64,000 nt of DNA from Ostreococcus lucimarinus (taxonomy: Eukaryota): assembly GCA_000092065.1 (NCBI GenBank), contig CP000586.1; one strand, given 5' to 3'. Both the position numbers and the translations under genes were made by a program. Shown in pieces: positions 29,511-39,201 of the stretch (position 1 is its first letter; every line of letters starts with the position of its first letter). The notes below the pieces were generated by a model. It was not told the origin of the DNA and ran no database searches. It saw nothing but the letters and a program-made list of their open reading frames with translations.

Positions 29511-32500
29511 TCATTCTAATTCTATAACCTCGCGATCGACGTCGTCGCCGTCGCCGTCGCGACGCCGCGCGTCGAGCGCGCGTCGAGCGCGTCCATCCGG
29601 TCGCTCGAGCAGCGCGCGCAATTCGCCCAGGGTCAAGCCTGCGTCCTTGCCCTTCTTCTGCAGGGCGACGTCGCTCGCGATGTCACTCATGGCGTCCGCG
29701 CGTTGGCGCGAAAAATTGTGCACGTTTTCTTCAATCGTGTCGCGAATGAAAAACCTGTGGACGCACGTCGGGCGCGTTTGTCCGATGCGATCGACGCGCT
29801 TGATCGCCTGGGCTTCCATTCCGGGATCGAGCACGGGCTCGAGCAGTAACACGTGCTGCGCTTCGGTGAGGTTCAAACCGTGCGCGCCACGCTTAAGCGG
29901 CAGCAACAGAACGTTGCACGCGGCGTCGTGCTTAAATGTATCGATGACGTCGCGAAACTTTGGACCAGAGACGCCGCGAACGAAGCGAATTTCATTCGCG
30001 CGCATCGCTTTTTCGACCACGTCCAGGACGTCGTCCCATTCAGAAAACACTATCATTTTAGCGTCATCCTCACGCAACAGCAAATATCTCAGACGTCGAA
30101 TGATCGCTTCAATTTTTGTGCCCCAGCTCCCGGAGACGAGCACTTGTTGTTCCCCGCCGAGGAGGTCGGCTTCGACGCCGAGCAGATCCGTAAGAAATCG
30201 CACGTCGCCTCCTTTACCGCGCCTCACGTAATCAGCCGCATCTCGCACTCCCGTGCGATTGTCAACGTTGTTCACGTACATCAACTCTTCGACGTACGCA
30301 CGAACGCGACAGGTGACGCACGACACTCTCTCCCCGTGCTCGCGTCGGACCAAGTCGAGAGCGCACGAGACGCACGTTCGGTGACCGCAAGGGAAAACAC
30401 ATATTTCAGCGTTAGTTCCCGCGAATGACACCATACAGACCGGACAATCAGTTGCTATAGTGTTTTCTCCGCCAGCGTTCTCCGCGCGAAGATTGTCCTC
30501 CAGATACTTGAGTTGAGACATCGCTTTGCGCAAATCCTTTTCGTACACGAGCTTTTGCGTCGTGTAGTTGACGCTCAAACCCTCCACTTCGTCTCGATAG
30601 ATGACCGACCCTCGGAGACCCTCGGGCACGGGATCGTTTTGCATCAACCAACCCGTGAACCGATGGAAGCCGTGCGGTGGAAGCTCGTGATCGTGCCGAG
30701 TGCGTATTCTCGCCACCGCCATGTCGAGCTCGTCGCGAGACGCGACTTCTTCCCTCTGTTGGACGATGAGCTGCGATATTTTGTAAAATTCCTTGCGCAT
30801 CTCTTCAAGCGCAGCGACGTGCGCCGCGGATTCTTCAACATACGAACTGGGTGCACTCAACGAATGCACCATGGGGACTAAAATACGAAGCACGGCTTCC
30901 ACCGAGCTCGCTCCACCGCGGTTGGTTTCCTCTCGTTCATACTTCCGACCGTAACGAGAAACGCGTGGCACAAACGTTTCCCTGTTCTGACTATCGTCGT
31001 CATTGGTGCGATTTTGCTGAAGCCGCAGGTTGCGAACACCGAATATCTTTGCCTCAAACTCCGAAAGTAACGGTTCGGCCTTGCAAAACATACACACCAC
31101 GCCGGGAAGGGCAAAGTCCGTATCTTTACGGCAGTTTGAGCACGAACCGATCGTACGCACATCATCTTCACTCGGATTTTCAACCCGTACGCGGATTTCT
31201 GAGACAGATTCCATGACTCTGGCGCGTGTGTTGTGAATTTCTTCCAAATCGTTCGCCATCGTCATCTTCAAACCGTCGGTGCTTCGAAAAGGTGCTTGCT
31301 TGTCTTGCCAGCGTCCATCCAAAGCTTCAAGCACACGCGCGAGTATATTCGACGCCGCAACATCTTCTGCGGTTCCTTCTGACGTCATCGCATGATCGAG
31401 GATGAATAGCCACCACGTGAATTTGTCCACGCGCGCGATCGAGCCAAACGCTAAATGCTTCGCCACGTTTGCACTCGTAACTTCGAGTTCGCGCGTCGCT
31501 GCAGGGACGCCGCCAGCACGCTGTGCCATGTATGCAGCTCGCTCTAAATTGGCTTCTTTTTCCAAATCATCGTCCCGTATCGTCGGTGCTATTATCTTGC
31601 CTTTTAGTAACTCTTTGTTCGCCTTGACTTCGCGCATGGCCAAGTTGAGATTGTGAAGCGCGTGAAGTCTTTGAAGGGTGTCCATCCGAATGCCTCGCTG
31701 CTTCCCCTCACCTTCGAGCTTAAGGACTTCACGATACGTTTCTATGACGATGTCGAAAGTTCCTAAAATCCAAGCGATCCCAGCGAGGGCGTTGAGCGAA
31801 AACGCCACGAGACGCTGCGCCTCTTCGGCTTCGATGCGAGCTCTTTCGACAAGCTTTTCAGAAATTTGCTCCATCGTCAACACGTTAGCGCCGGCGCGAA
31901 TACCGCCAGCAAGACCGTGTGATCCCGCTTGCGGATGATCACACGCTTGACGCAATCGCAACAAAGGTCCCATGACGCTCGATGCTTTGTTCGGTGGAAG
32001 GCTTTCGCTGTCGGCGTGACGGATGAATCGTCTCAGAGTCGCGTTGGCGTCGGCCGCACAGTTGGCGTATTGTCGGGAGTACCAGTGCTGCTCCACCGCG
32101 CTTGACCGCAACCACGTGGCGACTTCACCTTGGGGAGGAATTCCTAGTTGTCGCTCCATGTCAGCGCGCGAGTTTCGCCACATCAAGCCCTTCAAAATTT
32201 TATGAAGAAGTTCGCGCGCGGAGACGTCGCCACTCATGTACGGTATTTCAATCATACGTCGCCACCAAAAGTCACCATGTTGAAACGGAGACACCATCAG
32301 AAACGTTAACAGACCGAATATATCCCCTAAACCTCGCGAAATGGGCGTGCCCGTGACTGCCCATCGGTGCACTGTGGGCAGCCGGCGCACCATCTCGGCG
32401 GCTTTTGACACCGTGGACTCGACCATTTGCGCCTCGTCCAGAACAACGCGCCACCACTTCAATCGAGTCAGTGGTGTCGGCACCACTTCATACTTCTTTT

Positions 32501-34226
32501 CATATCGTCGTGCTCTCTCAGCGCCGGCCAAGCCGTGTCCATTGGCGGTGTCGATGTCGATTTCAGTACGAAGCGTGTCGTACGTTGTCAGTACGATGTC
32601 GGCGTCGGCGAGCTCCTTGGCGGAAAACACGCCCTTCATCGAGCCCCCAGCGCCACTTCGCTTCGACTGTCCCTCATATGTGATGATTTTCAGCGTGCCC
32701 GGGCGTACGTGTTGCTTGCACTCGTCTCGCCATTGTTTGATGATGGCGCTCGGGCAGACGACGAGCGTGGCGCCGCACGTCTCGTCTACTGTTTCGCTCG
32801 CGTGCGCGGCGATGCATTTACCACACGTGAAATCTTTGAGCTTTCGTCCCCGCTCTTCCTCAGACATTTTCATAAGTTTTATCTCTTGATTTCTGCTTTG
32901 GGCTAGCCCCACGCATCTTGCGTGCATCCACGTCTCGCACTTTTCACATTCGATCCACAAACCGTCGTAGAATGGGTCGTCATGTCGCGCACCGCACGGG
33001 CAGCACACCTTCACGGGCGCTTCATCGTCTTTAATGAGCACAACATCATCGATTTCCTCTTTCATGTCATCTGTCATGGGCGGAGGGACAAATTGAGATC
33101 GACTTTGCGCGCGCCGCGGCTCGCGATTCGCCAACACGAGCATGATTACTTCCACCGTTTTCCCAAGACCCATCTCATCGGCCAAGATACCGCCGCTCAC
33201 AGATTCAAAATCGCATTCGAATCGCGTTTTCGTGAGATGACCCGAGTACGGATTTATGTAGCCACCTCCCTCCGGGAGTTCGCGCCAAAGCGGATGCAAC
33301 TCTGTCTTGTCGACGTCGCCGCCGCGTTTCGCCGACAACGCCCCAGCCGGCGCATCCTTCGCTCGTTCTCTCGCCAGCATCCATCCCACGGCTTGTTTCT
33401 GATATGATCGCGGCGTCGGCAAGAGCGCGTAGTAGTCTCGATCGGCTTCTGGACACGCGTTCTCGTTCGGTTTCACGGCTTCAAAAATACCCGCCAAATC
33501 CAAACCGCCGTCAAATCTACCGGGCGCTTCTCCATCGATACCATCGTCGCACAATCCGGCGTAAACGACCGCTAGCGCCTTAAACACCTTCGCGAACCCT
33601 TTAGTGACGCACCCACCGGCCGTTTGCACCTCCGAACACGCCTCGAAAGCTACCGGTTTCATCTTCACCGTCAACCGTCCGCCCTCCGCGCCATCCTTCG
33701 TCAACCGCGCCGTCGCCATCCCTGACCGCATCACCACCCTAAAAGCCTCCGCGTTCACCCCATCCACGCGATACACCGCATCATTCTCACACTTAAACCG
33801 CAGCGACATCGCGTCCGGCGTCGACGGCGCCGCATCCACTTCCACTTCGCCGCCGACGAAGTCGCCCCGCGCGCTCGTCGTCGCCGTCGCCGTCCCATCG
33901 CGCGTCTCCCCGCGCGTCCGACGCGACGCGCGGACGACCGCGACGACGGTCGACGCCGATGCGTTTGTCACGCTCGCCGCGCCGATCCGCGTCGCGACCG
34001 CGCTCCCGAGCGCGACGCCGTCGTCGTTTTCATCGTCGATGGCGAAATTAATCAAACCGTCGCGCGGCGACGCGGCGACGCGTTTCTTCGCGCGCGACGC
34101 GTCGTTCGCCGCCGCGCGCTTCTCGCCGCGCGGCGCGACGTCCGGACGCCGCGCGGACGAGGGGGGGTCGACGTCCACGCCCGCGACGCGCACGCGCGTC
34201 GGGTTTGGATTTTTCGCGCGAGGCAT
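29511..34226 (-). CDS. SHPRH: SNF2-family helicase with PHD and RING fingers (SHPRH-like E3 ligase/helicase), single 1571-aa exon
   Basis: ATG at 34226. SNF2_N (LLPTPRSYQKQAVGWM...ILADEMGLGKTVEVIML), PHD (CPCGARHDDPFYDGLWIECEKCETWMHARCVGL), DEAQ box (VVLDEAQMVES), RING (CPVCMVSFAGTNAEICVFPCGHRTCVSCALDLV), Helicase_C (KMIVFSEWDDVLDVV...LLLPLKRGAHGLNLTEAQHVLLLEP...RVDRIGQTRPTCVHRFFIRDTIEENV). Confidence 0.9.
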   Translation of the reverse strand: MPRAKNPNPTRVRVAGVDVDPPSSARRPDVAPRGEKRAAANDASRAKKRVAASPRDGLINFAIDDENDDGVALGSAVATRIGAASVTNASASTVVAVVRASRRTRGETRDGTATATTSARGDFVGGEVEVDAAPSTPDAMSLRFKCENDAVYRVDGVNAEAFRVVMRSGMATARLTKDGAEGGRLTVKMKPVAFEACSEVQTAGGCVTKGFAKVFKALAVVYAGLCDDGIDGEAPGRFDGGLDLAGIFEAVKPNENACPEADRDYYALLPTPRSYQKQAVGWMLARERAKDAPAGALSAKRGGDVDKTELHPLWRELPEGGGYINPYSGHLTKTRFECDFESVSGGILADEMGLGKTVEVIMLVLANREPRRAQSRSQFVPPPMTDDMKEEIDDVVLIKDDEAPVKVCCPCGARHDDPFYDGLWIECEKCETWMHARCVGLAQSRNQEIKLMKMSEEERGRKLKDFTCGKCIAAHASETVDETCGATLVVCPSAIIKQWRDECKQHVRPGTLKIITYEGQSKRSGAGGSMKGVFSAKELADADIVLTTYDTLRTEIDIDTANGHGLAGAERARRYEKKYEVVPTPLTRLKWWRVVLDEAQMVESTVSKAAEMVRRLPTVHRWAVTGTPISRGLGDIFGLLTFLMVSPFQHGDFWWRRMIEIPYMSGDVSARELLHKILKGLMWRNSRADMERQLGIPPQGEVATWLRSSAVEQHWYSRQYANCAADANATLRRFIRHADSESLPPNKASSVMGPLLRLRQACDHPQAGSHGLAGGIRAGANVLTMEQISEKLVERARIEAEEAQRLVAFSLNALAGIAWILGTFDIVIETYREVLKLEGEGKQRGIRMDTLQRLHALHNLNLAMREVKANKELLKGKIIAPTIRDDDLEKEANLERAAYMAQRAGGVPAATRELEVTSANVAKHLAFGSIARVDKFTWWLFILDHAMTSEGTAEDVAASNILARVLEALDGRWQDKQAPFRSTDGLKMTMANDLEEIHNTRARVMESVSEIRVRVENPSEDDVRTIGSCSNCRKDTDFALPGVVCMFCKAEPLLSEFEAKIFGVRNLRLQQNRTNDDDSQNRETFVPRVSRYGRKYEREETNRGGASSVEAVLRILVPMVHSLSAPSSYVEESAAHVAALEEMRKEFYKISQLIVQQREEVASRDELDMAVARIRTRHDHELPPHGFHRFTGWLMQNDPVPEGLRGSVIYRDEVEGLSVNYTTQKLVYEKDLRKAMSQLKYLEDNLRAENAGGENTIATDCPVCMVSFAGTNAEICVFPCGHRTCVSCALDLVRREHGERVSCVTCRVRAYVEELMYVNNVDNRTGVRDAADYVRRGKGGDVRFLTDLLGVEADLLGGEQQVLVSGSWGTKIEAIIRRLRYLLLREDDAKMIVFSEWDDVLDVVEKAMRANEIRFVRGVSGPKFRDVIDTFKHDAACNVLLLPLKRGAHGLNLTEAQHVLLLEPVLDPGMEAQAIKRVDRIGQTRPTCVHRFFIRDTIEENVHNFSRQRADAMSDIASDVALQKKGKDAGLTLGELRALLERPDGRARRALDARRRDGDGDDVDREVIELE

Positions 34227-34356
34227 GGTGTGAGTCTGCCCGAGACATTATTATGATTATTACAGTACGCGATACAGTACCGATGATGTTGGTTATTGTT
34301 ATCGATGATGTTGGTTATTGATGAGAGATAAATATGGGTCGACGATGTCGCGCGCG

Positions 34357-37281
34357 TCATACGCGCCAGGGCTTGACGAATGGGTAACACGCCGGCGCGC
34401 ACCGCGAACGCGGGTTGGGCTCGTCTTCGATGTCTTCTTCGAACGTCGCACGCTTTCTGAAGCGTTTCAAGTTGCCATTTCTGTCGTATCCAGTCTTCGG
34501 GGCGTGACAGATGAGCTTGTTCACGCCCGGGATGACCATCAAAATGAATGGAAACGCGAGAAGGTTGTACAAAGTCTGCCCCCAAAACGCGACGCCGTAA
34601 AGTTGCCAGGTTTCGCCGCGACCCCAGTCGACCCACGCCAGAAATCGGATGGAGCAACCAACGGTGACCGCAAAGGTGACAAGTTCGTAGATCCACAGAA
34701 TGCGCTGTACGCGGCGCGGTTGGATGTGCTTGAGCTTCATAACCGTATACGTCACCGTGCCGAGATCGATTTGATGTCGCTGGTGCGTAAGGTCATCCTT
34801 GTAGTACAACGTGTGCATTCCGCTCGCAACATCGTAGTCCTTGACTTTGGCGATGCGGTGAACGTAATGAAATGATTTGAACGCATTTCGCGCGCGTGCC
34901 GTACCACCACGAATACCTTTGGCCGCCGCCAGACGTTCAAGCTGCAAATTCACGATTCGACGGAACCGTTCGAGCGGCGTTTCTTTGCGCTTAACGAAAA
35001 TATACTTCAAAGCCTTCTTCAACGCGCCGTAGGTCTTATACCGTGAACCGATTCCAACGGTTGTGATTCGAATTCTAGCACCAACCAATCTGTGATCGCT
35101 CGCGATCGCGCGCCCAAACGCGAACGAACGACGGAGCTTGTGAAACGCGTACCAGCACATCATGATACGTACGAGGTACGCGCCGACATTGAGCGCGACA
35201 CAAGTGCTCGAATCAATCGCACACGACTGCATCTCTGTTACCCATGGTCCTGTGGTGTCACACGTGTGCGTGGTGCCAGCGTCACGTACGCCGGCACACT
35301 GGATGAACGCGAACACGCCGGCGAAGACGGAAATCGTTCCCGAAATGAACTGAATTCCCTTGAAAACCATGATGTACTCGAACATCTGCCACTCGTCTCG
35401 CCTATCCACGAGAGCCAGACGAATGAAGAACACAAACGCTTGGAGACCGAGACCAAAGTAGAGCTTTGAAACGAGGAACAACCACCAATAAGGATTTCGC
35501 ACCTTACCGAAGATGGAGAGATCACCCGGAACTTCGTTGTAAAGGTACCAGCACCGAATAGATTCAAATAATCCAAACACCGAACGCTTCATGCTGAAGC
35601 TCTGTGGAACGCTCCTGCGTTTAACCTGCTCTGCGTCATTTTGATCTGCTTGAGCGGATCCTTGCGATTTAGCGCTGTCTAGAATTTTCAAACGAATCCC
35701 CAAGTCGCTCATCAGCCCCTGCTGAATATCCGAGATGTACATGTTCACAACGCCTGCGAGATAGTTTCGGATCACCGACGGCATATCGCGATCCGCCACG
35801 GCGAGTTCACAAACCTTATTCTTCTTTTCCTCAATCGTCGCATCGATGACTTTCAAAGCACGGCGCTTTCCAACGTCGACGGCTTGTTCGACTTTGCTAT
35901 TTAGCCAAAGACCGACTCCAGTTTGGTTGAAGCTCTTTCCAAAGTTTCGTGGGTCGACCAGCTGCTTCGCGAAGGACAACATCGCTTTGGCTTCTTCGAA
36001 TATGAACGACGACGTCCGCGGAGGTCGCAGCTTAAAGTGCACGACCAGCTCGTTTGAGTTGCGTTCGACGAAGTATCCGTCGTCAAAGTGCGTCGGTGCC
36101 CGGTTTTCAGGCGTGTTCTTTACTTTGTGCAAATGTAACGCCGCCGCGGGCACTTGCGATGGTGACTTTGAAAGCGCGTCGGCGAGTGAAGGCGATGGAT
36201 CGATCACCTTTGCGTCGGTGTCCTTCACTGACTTTACGTCTTTAAAGTTGGCTTTCATTTTCGCGAAATGCGTCAGAGGCAACGTCGCCGAGCCCATGGC
36301 GTCGTCGGCTGACATGAGATCGAAGTCGTACACTTCAAACTTCAACGAGCAGTCCTTATATCTCAGTTTTTCGCTACCCATGTAAAACGACTCGTTCCAC
36401 ACCGGATTCGTAGTTTTCGGGCGGTACCCCGTTCGGTGTACTTGACCGTCGACGGCGAGCCCGGCGCTGTTGACGATAGACACCTTCACGTACGGGTCCG
36501 ACGTCTCGCCCGCGTCCATGGCGAGCAAACCGCTCCCGGATTCGACGTTCACTCGTATGAATAAGCCGCTCAAGCACTGGATCATGCGAACGTCGACGAA
36601 AATAGAACCCGCGGAACCGTCCTCGTCCTCGTTCGTCGCCTCGCCCGCCGACGAAAACATCGCCGCCCCCGTCGCGCCGACCTCGTACGCGACTCTCTTG
36701 GCGATCGCCATCCCCCCCGAACCGTCGTCCTCGTCGCCTCGCTTCGTCTCCGACGTCGCCGGCGTCGCCTCGACCTCGCGCTTCGCCCCGCGTTCGCGCT
36801 CCGCCGTCGTCGCGTCCTCCTCCGCGTCGCCGCCGCCCCCGACGTCCGACCGCATCCGCATCGCCATCTCCCTCGCCCCCGACAGGTCGGACATCATCTT
36901 CTCCAGCTCATCCGCGTCCGATTCTCCCACCGCGCGCGCCCACGCGCTCTGCCGTCGCTCCGCGCGCGCGCGCTCCGGCGCGGCGTCCTCGTCCGAATCG
37001 TAATCATCGCTCGAGTCGCTCTCCATCATCAGCGCGTTTCGCTCGACCGCCTTACGGAGCGCGCCGAAAAATCCCAATCGCGCCGCTCGCGCCGTCGCCC
37101 GTCGCTTCCGCGCGCGCTCGACGTCGTCGTCGTCGTCGTCGTCGCGACGTTCGGCATCCGGTCGGTCTCCGGCGTCAGTTCGCGCGGCGTCGCGCGCGCC
37201 GTCGCCGTCGCGCGCGCGCGGCGTCGTCGGCGCGCGCGCGCGACCCTTTTCGTTCGTCCCTCGCGCCGCGCCGCGCGCCAT
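34357..37281 (-). CDS. C2-domain protein with large C-terminal multi-pass membrane region (975 aa)
   Basis: Track ORF extends to 38421 as antisense of the tandem-YjbQ gene; realistic ATG at 37281 (MARGAARGTNEKG...). C2 domain: IQCLSGLFIRVNVESGSGLLAMDAGETSDPYVKVSIVNSAGLAVDGQVHRTGYRPKTTNPVWNESFYMGSEKLRYKDCSLKFEVYDFDLMSADDAMGSATLPL. At least eight hydrophobic helices downstream (YWWLFLVSKLYFGLGLQAFVFFI..., FISGTISVFAGVFAFI..., ILWIYELVTFAVTVG..., LLAFPFILMVIPG). Lower GC in 3' two-thirds. Confidence 0.7.
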   Translation of the reverse strand: MARGAARGTNEKGRARAPTTPRARDGDGARDAARTDAGDRPDAERRDDDDDDDVERARKRRATARAARLGFFGALRKAVERNALMMESDSSDDYDSDEDAAPERARAERRQSAWARAVGESDADELEKMMSDLSGAREMAMRMRSDVGGGGDAEEDATTAERERGAKREVEATPATSETKRGDEDDGSGGMAIAKRVAYEVGATGAAMFSSAGEATNEDEDGSAGSIFVDVRMIQCLSGLFIRVNVESGSGLLAMDAGETSDPYVKVSIVNSAGLAVDGQVHRTGYRPKTTNPVWNESFYMGSEKLRYKDCSLKFEVYDFDLMSADDAMGSATLPLTHFAKMKANFKDVKSVKDTDAKVIDPSPSLADALSKSPSQVPAAALHLHKVKNTPENRAPTHFDDGYFVERNSNELVVHFKLRPPRTSSFIFEEAKAMLSFAKQLVDPRNFGKSFNQTGVGLWLNSKVEQAVDVGKRRALKVIDATIEEKKNKVCELAVADRDMPSVIRNYLAGVVNMYISDIQQGLMSDLGIRLKILDSAKSQGSAQADQNDAEQVKRRSVPQSFSMKRSVFGLFESIRCWYLYNEVPGDLSIFGKVRNPYWWLFLVSKLYFGLGLQAFVFFIRLALVDRRDEWQMFEYIMVFKGIQFISGTISVFAGVFAFIQCAGVRDAGTTHTCDTTGPWVTEMQSCAIDSSTCVALNVGAYLVRIMMCWYAFHKLRRSFAFGRAIASDHRLVGARIRITTVGIGSRYKTYGALKKALKYIFVKRKETPLERFRRIVNLQLERLAAAKGIRGGTARARNAFKSFHYVHRIAKVKDYDVASGMHTLYYKDDLTHQRHQIDLGTVTYTVMKLKHIQPRRVQRILWIYELVTFAVTVGCSIRFLAWVDWGRGETWQLYGVAFWGQTLYNLLAFPFILMVIPGVNKLICHAPKTGYDRNGNLKRFRKRATFEEDIEDEPNPRSRCAPACYPFVKPWRV

Positions 37282-37296
37282 CGCGCGCGCGCGACA

Positions 37297-38559
37297 ATGC
37301 GCGTCGCGACGATCGCGTCGTCGTCGTCCGTCGATTCCCCGCGCGCCGACGTCGCGCGCGCCGCGCTGCGCGTCCGCGCGCGCCCCGGCGAGGCGGTCGC
37401 GATCGATCTTCGCGCCGACGCCGCCCTCGCGGTCGCGCTCGCGCGGTGCGACGAGGGCGTCGTCCACGCGTGCGCGACGGACGACGACGTCGCGCTCGTC
37501 TCGACGCGCGACGGCGCGCGACGGACCGGCGCGGTCGACGCGCTCGCGCGCGTCTTCGCGAGGCACGGCGCCGACGTCGCGAGCGCGGCGGTCGGGCGGA
37601 CGTGGGACGGCGTCGCGCTGGACGGCGGCGCGGGCGCGCGCGGGTGCGCGCTCGTCGCGTTCGGCGACGCGGGAGCGGAGGCGCGCGAACGCGAGGTGGT
37701 GGTGACGCTGACGACGCACGCGCGGGCGGGCGAGCGGACGCGGACGCGGTCGAGGGCGCGGGCGAGCGGGTGCCACTTGGTCGAGGCGCCGGCGTGCGAG
37801 GCGACGCCGCGCGCGGGGACGGCGACGTGGGCGCTGGCGGACGGCGACGCGGCGGCGTCGCTCGCCGTCAACGAGAACTGCGACCCGGACGTGCGCGCGG
37901 ACCTGGACGAGGCGCTGGCGGCGATCGTGCGCGAGGCGAGCGAGGACGAGGCGACGCGCGCGGCGGCGAGGGCGATGCTGGTCGGCGGCGCGGTGCGCGC
38001 GCCGGTGACGAACGGGCGCGCGCGGATGGGGACGTGGCAGGGACTGTACCTGTGCGAACACGGGGCGCGCGGCGAACACGCGCGCGACGTCTTGGCGGTG
38101 TGCGACGCGCGTGAAGCGACGGCGCGGACGACGATCGTGGTGAGCGCGGGAAAGCGCGGCTTGCGAGACATCACGGACGACGTGACGGCGGCGATTCGCG
38201 ACGCGCACCGACCGGGGACGATTGGCACTTTGCACTGCTTTTGCGAACACACGTCGGCGTCGCTCGTCGTCGGACCGTCGGATCCCACGTTCGCGACGCG
38301 CTTTGAGGACGCGTTGAACGACATCGTGCCCGAGTCGTGGAACGACGAGTTCTTCAGACACACGGCGGAGGGCCCAGACGACATGCCCGCGCACGTGAAG
38401 AGCACCATCGTGGGGGCGCACAAGACGGTCCCCGTCGACGCCGACGGCACGTTATCTCCCCTGAACGGCCAACGATTGTACTTGTGCGAACACAGAAACG
38501 TGGGTGGATTCAATTCCGGTCTCGCCCGTCGCGTGACGTTGACGTTACAATGCGACTAG
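37297..38559 (+). CDS. tandem-domain YjbQ/UPF0047 protein (degenerate domain 1 + complete domain 2)
   Basis: Domain 1: GCHLVEAPACE...SLAVNENCDPDVRADLDEAL...MGTWQGLYLCEHGARGEHARDVLAV. Domain 2: TIGTLHCFCEHTSASLVVGPSDPTFATRFEDALNDIVPESWNDEFFRHTAEGPDDMPAHVKSTIVGAHKTVPVDADGTLSPLNGQRLYLCEHRNVGGFNSGLARRVTLTLQ. ATG at 37297 lies only 15 bp from the divergent C2-gene ATG, so the true start may be downstream. Confidence 0.7.
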   Translation: MRVATIASSSSVDSPRADVARAALRVRARPGEAVAIDLRADAALAVALARCDEGVVHACATDDDVALVSTRDGARRTGAVDALARVFARHGADVASAAVGRTWDGVALDGGAGARGCALVAFGDAGAEAREREVVVTLTTHARAGERTRTRSRARASGCHLVEAPACEATPRAGTATWALADGDAAASLAVNENCDPDVRADLDEALAAIVREASEDEATRAAARAMLVGGAVRAPVTNGRARMGTWQGLYLCEHGARGEHARDVLAVCDAREATARTTIVVSAGKRGLRDITDDVTAAIRDAHRPGTIGTLHCFCEHTSASLVVGPSDPTFATRFEDALNDIVPESWNDEFFRHTAEGPDDMPAHVKSTIVGAHKTVPVDADGTLSPLNGQRLYLCEHRNVGGFNSGLARRVTLTLQCD

Positions 38560-38586
38560 CGTTAGCGCCGTGTAACGCGGTTCGGT

Positions 38587-38883
38587 TTAGTACGCGTTCG
38601 CGTGCGCGCCCGCCTTCCAATCCTTCGCCCTCGGCGCGACGTTTTTCGCGTTCGGCACGAACTTCGAGTCCTCGTCCCTCAGCCGCACCTCGTGATTCCT
38701 CAATCGCGCGTGATCGATCCGTCCGTCGTACCCCTCCGTCGTGCGCGTCTTTTCGTACTGCTCCTCCAGGTAACAATCGCGCGCGCTCTTCCCCGCCCAG
38801 TCCCCTTTCGCGCCCCACGCGTGTTCGCTCGCGGGCGGGACGTACGCGACGTGCGGTTCGTGCACGCCGGGCGTGATCGGCAT
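38587..38883 (-). CDS. small conserved-looking hypothetical protein (98 aa) in YjbQ/LeuRS intergenic gap
   Basis: C-terminal 98 codons of spurious antisense ORF 38587..39618, beginning at ATG 38883: [98 protein letters not shown]. Balanced composition unlike the surrounding R-rich junk. Confidence 0.35.
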   Translation of the reverse strand: MPITPGVHEPHVAYVPPASEHAWGAKGDWAGKSARDCYLEEQYEKTRTTEGYDGRIDHARLRNHEVRLRDEDSKFVPNAKNVAPRAKDWKAGAHANAY

Positions 38884-39087
38884 CGCGATTCGCGCTCTTC
38901 GTCGCGCTGTGTCGCGCGTCGTCGTCGTCGCCGCGCGCGCGAAAACGCTCGAGTAACGCTCGAGTCTCACGGTCCGTCCGTTTACAACACGGATTTCAGG
39001 GCACAAACCCTCGGCGGCGTCGCGGGCGCGCCGTCGCGACGCGCGGCGCCGCGCACCGACGCGCGCGCGCGACGCGAACGCGCGCGC

Positions 39088-39170
39088 ATGCACACGACGC
39101 GCCCGTGCGGCGCCGCGCGCGACGCGCGCGCGATGTTCGCGTCGACGATGCGTCGACGCGCGCGATGGAT

Positions 39171-39201
<31 letters not shown>

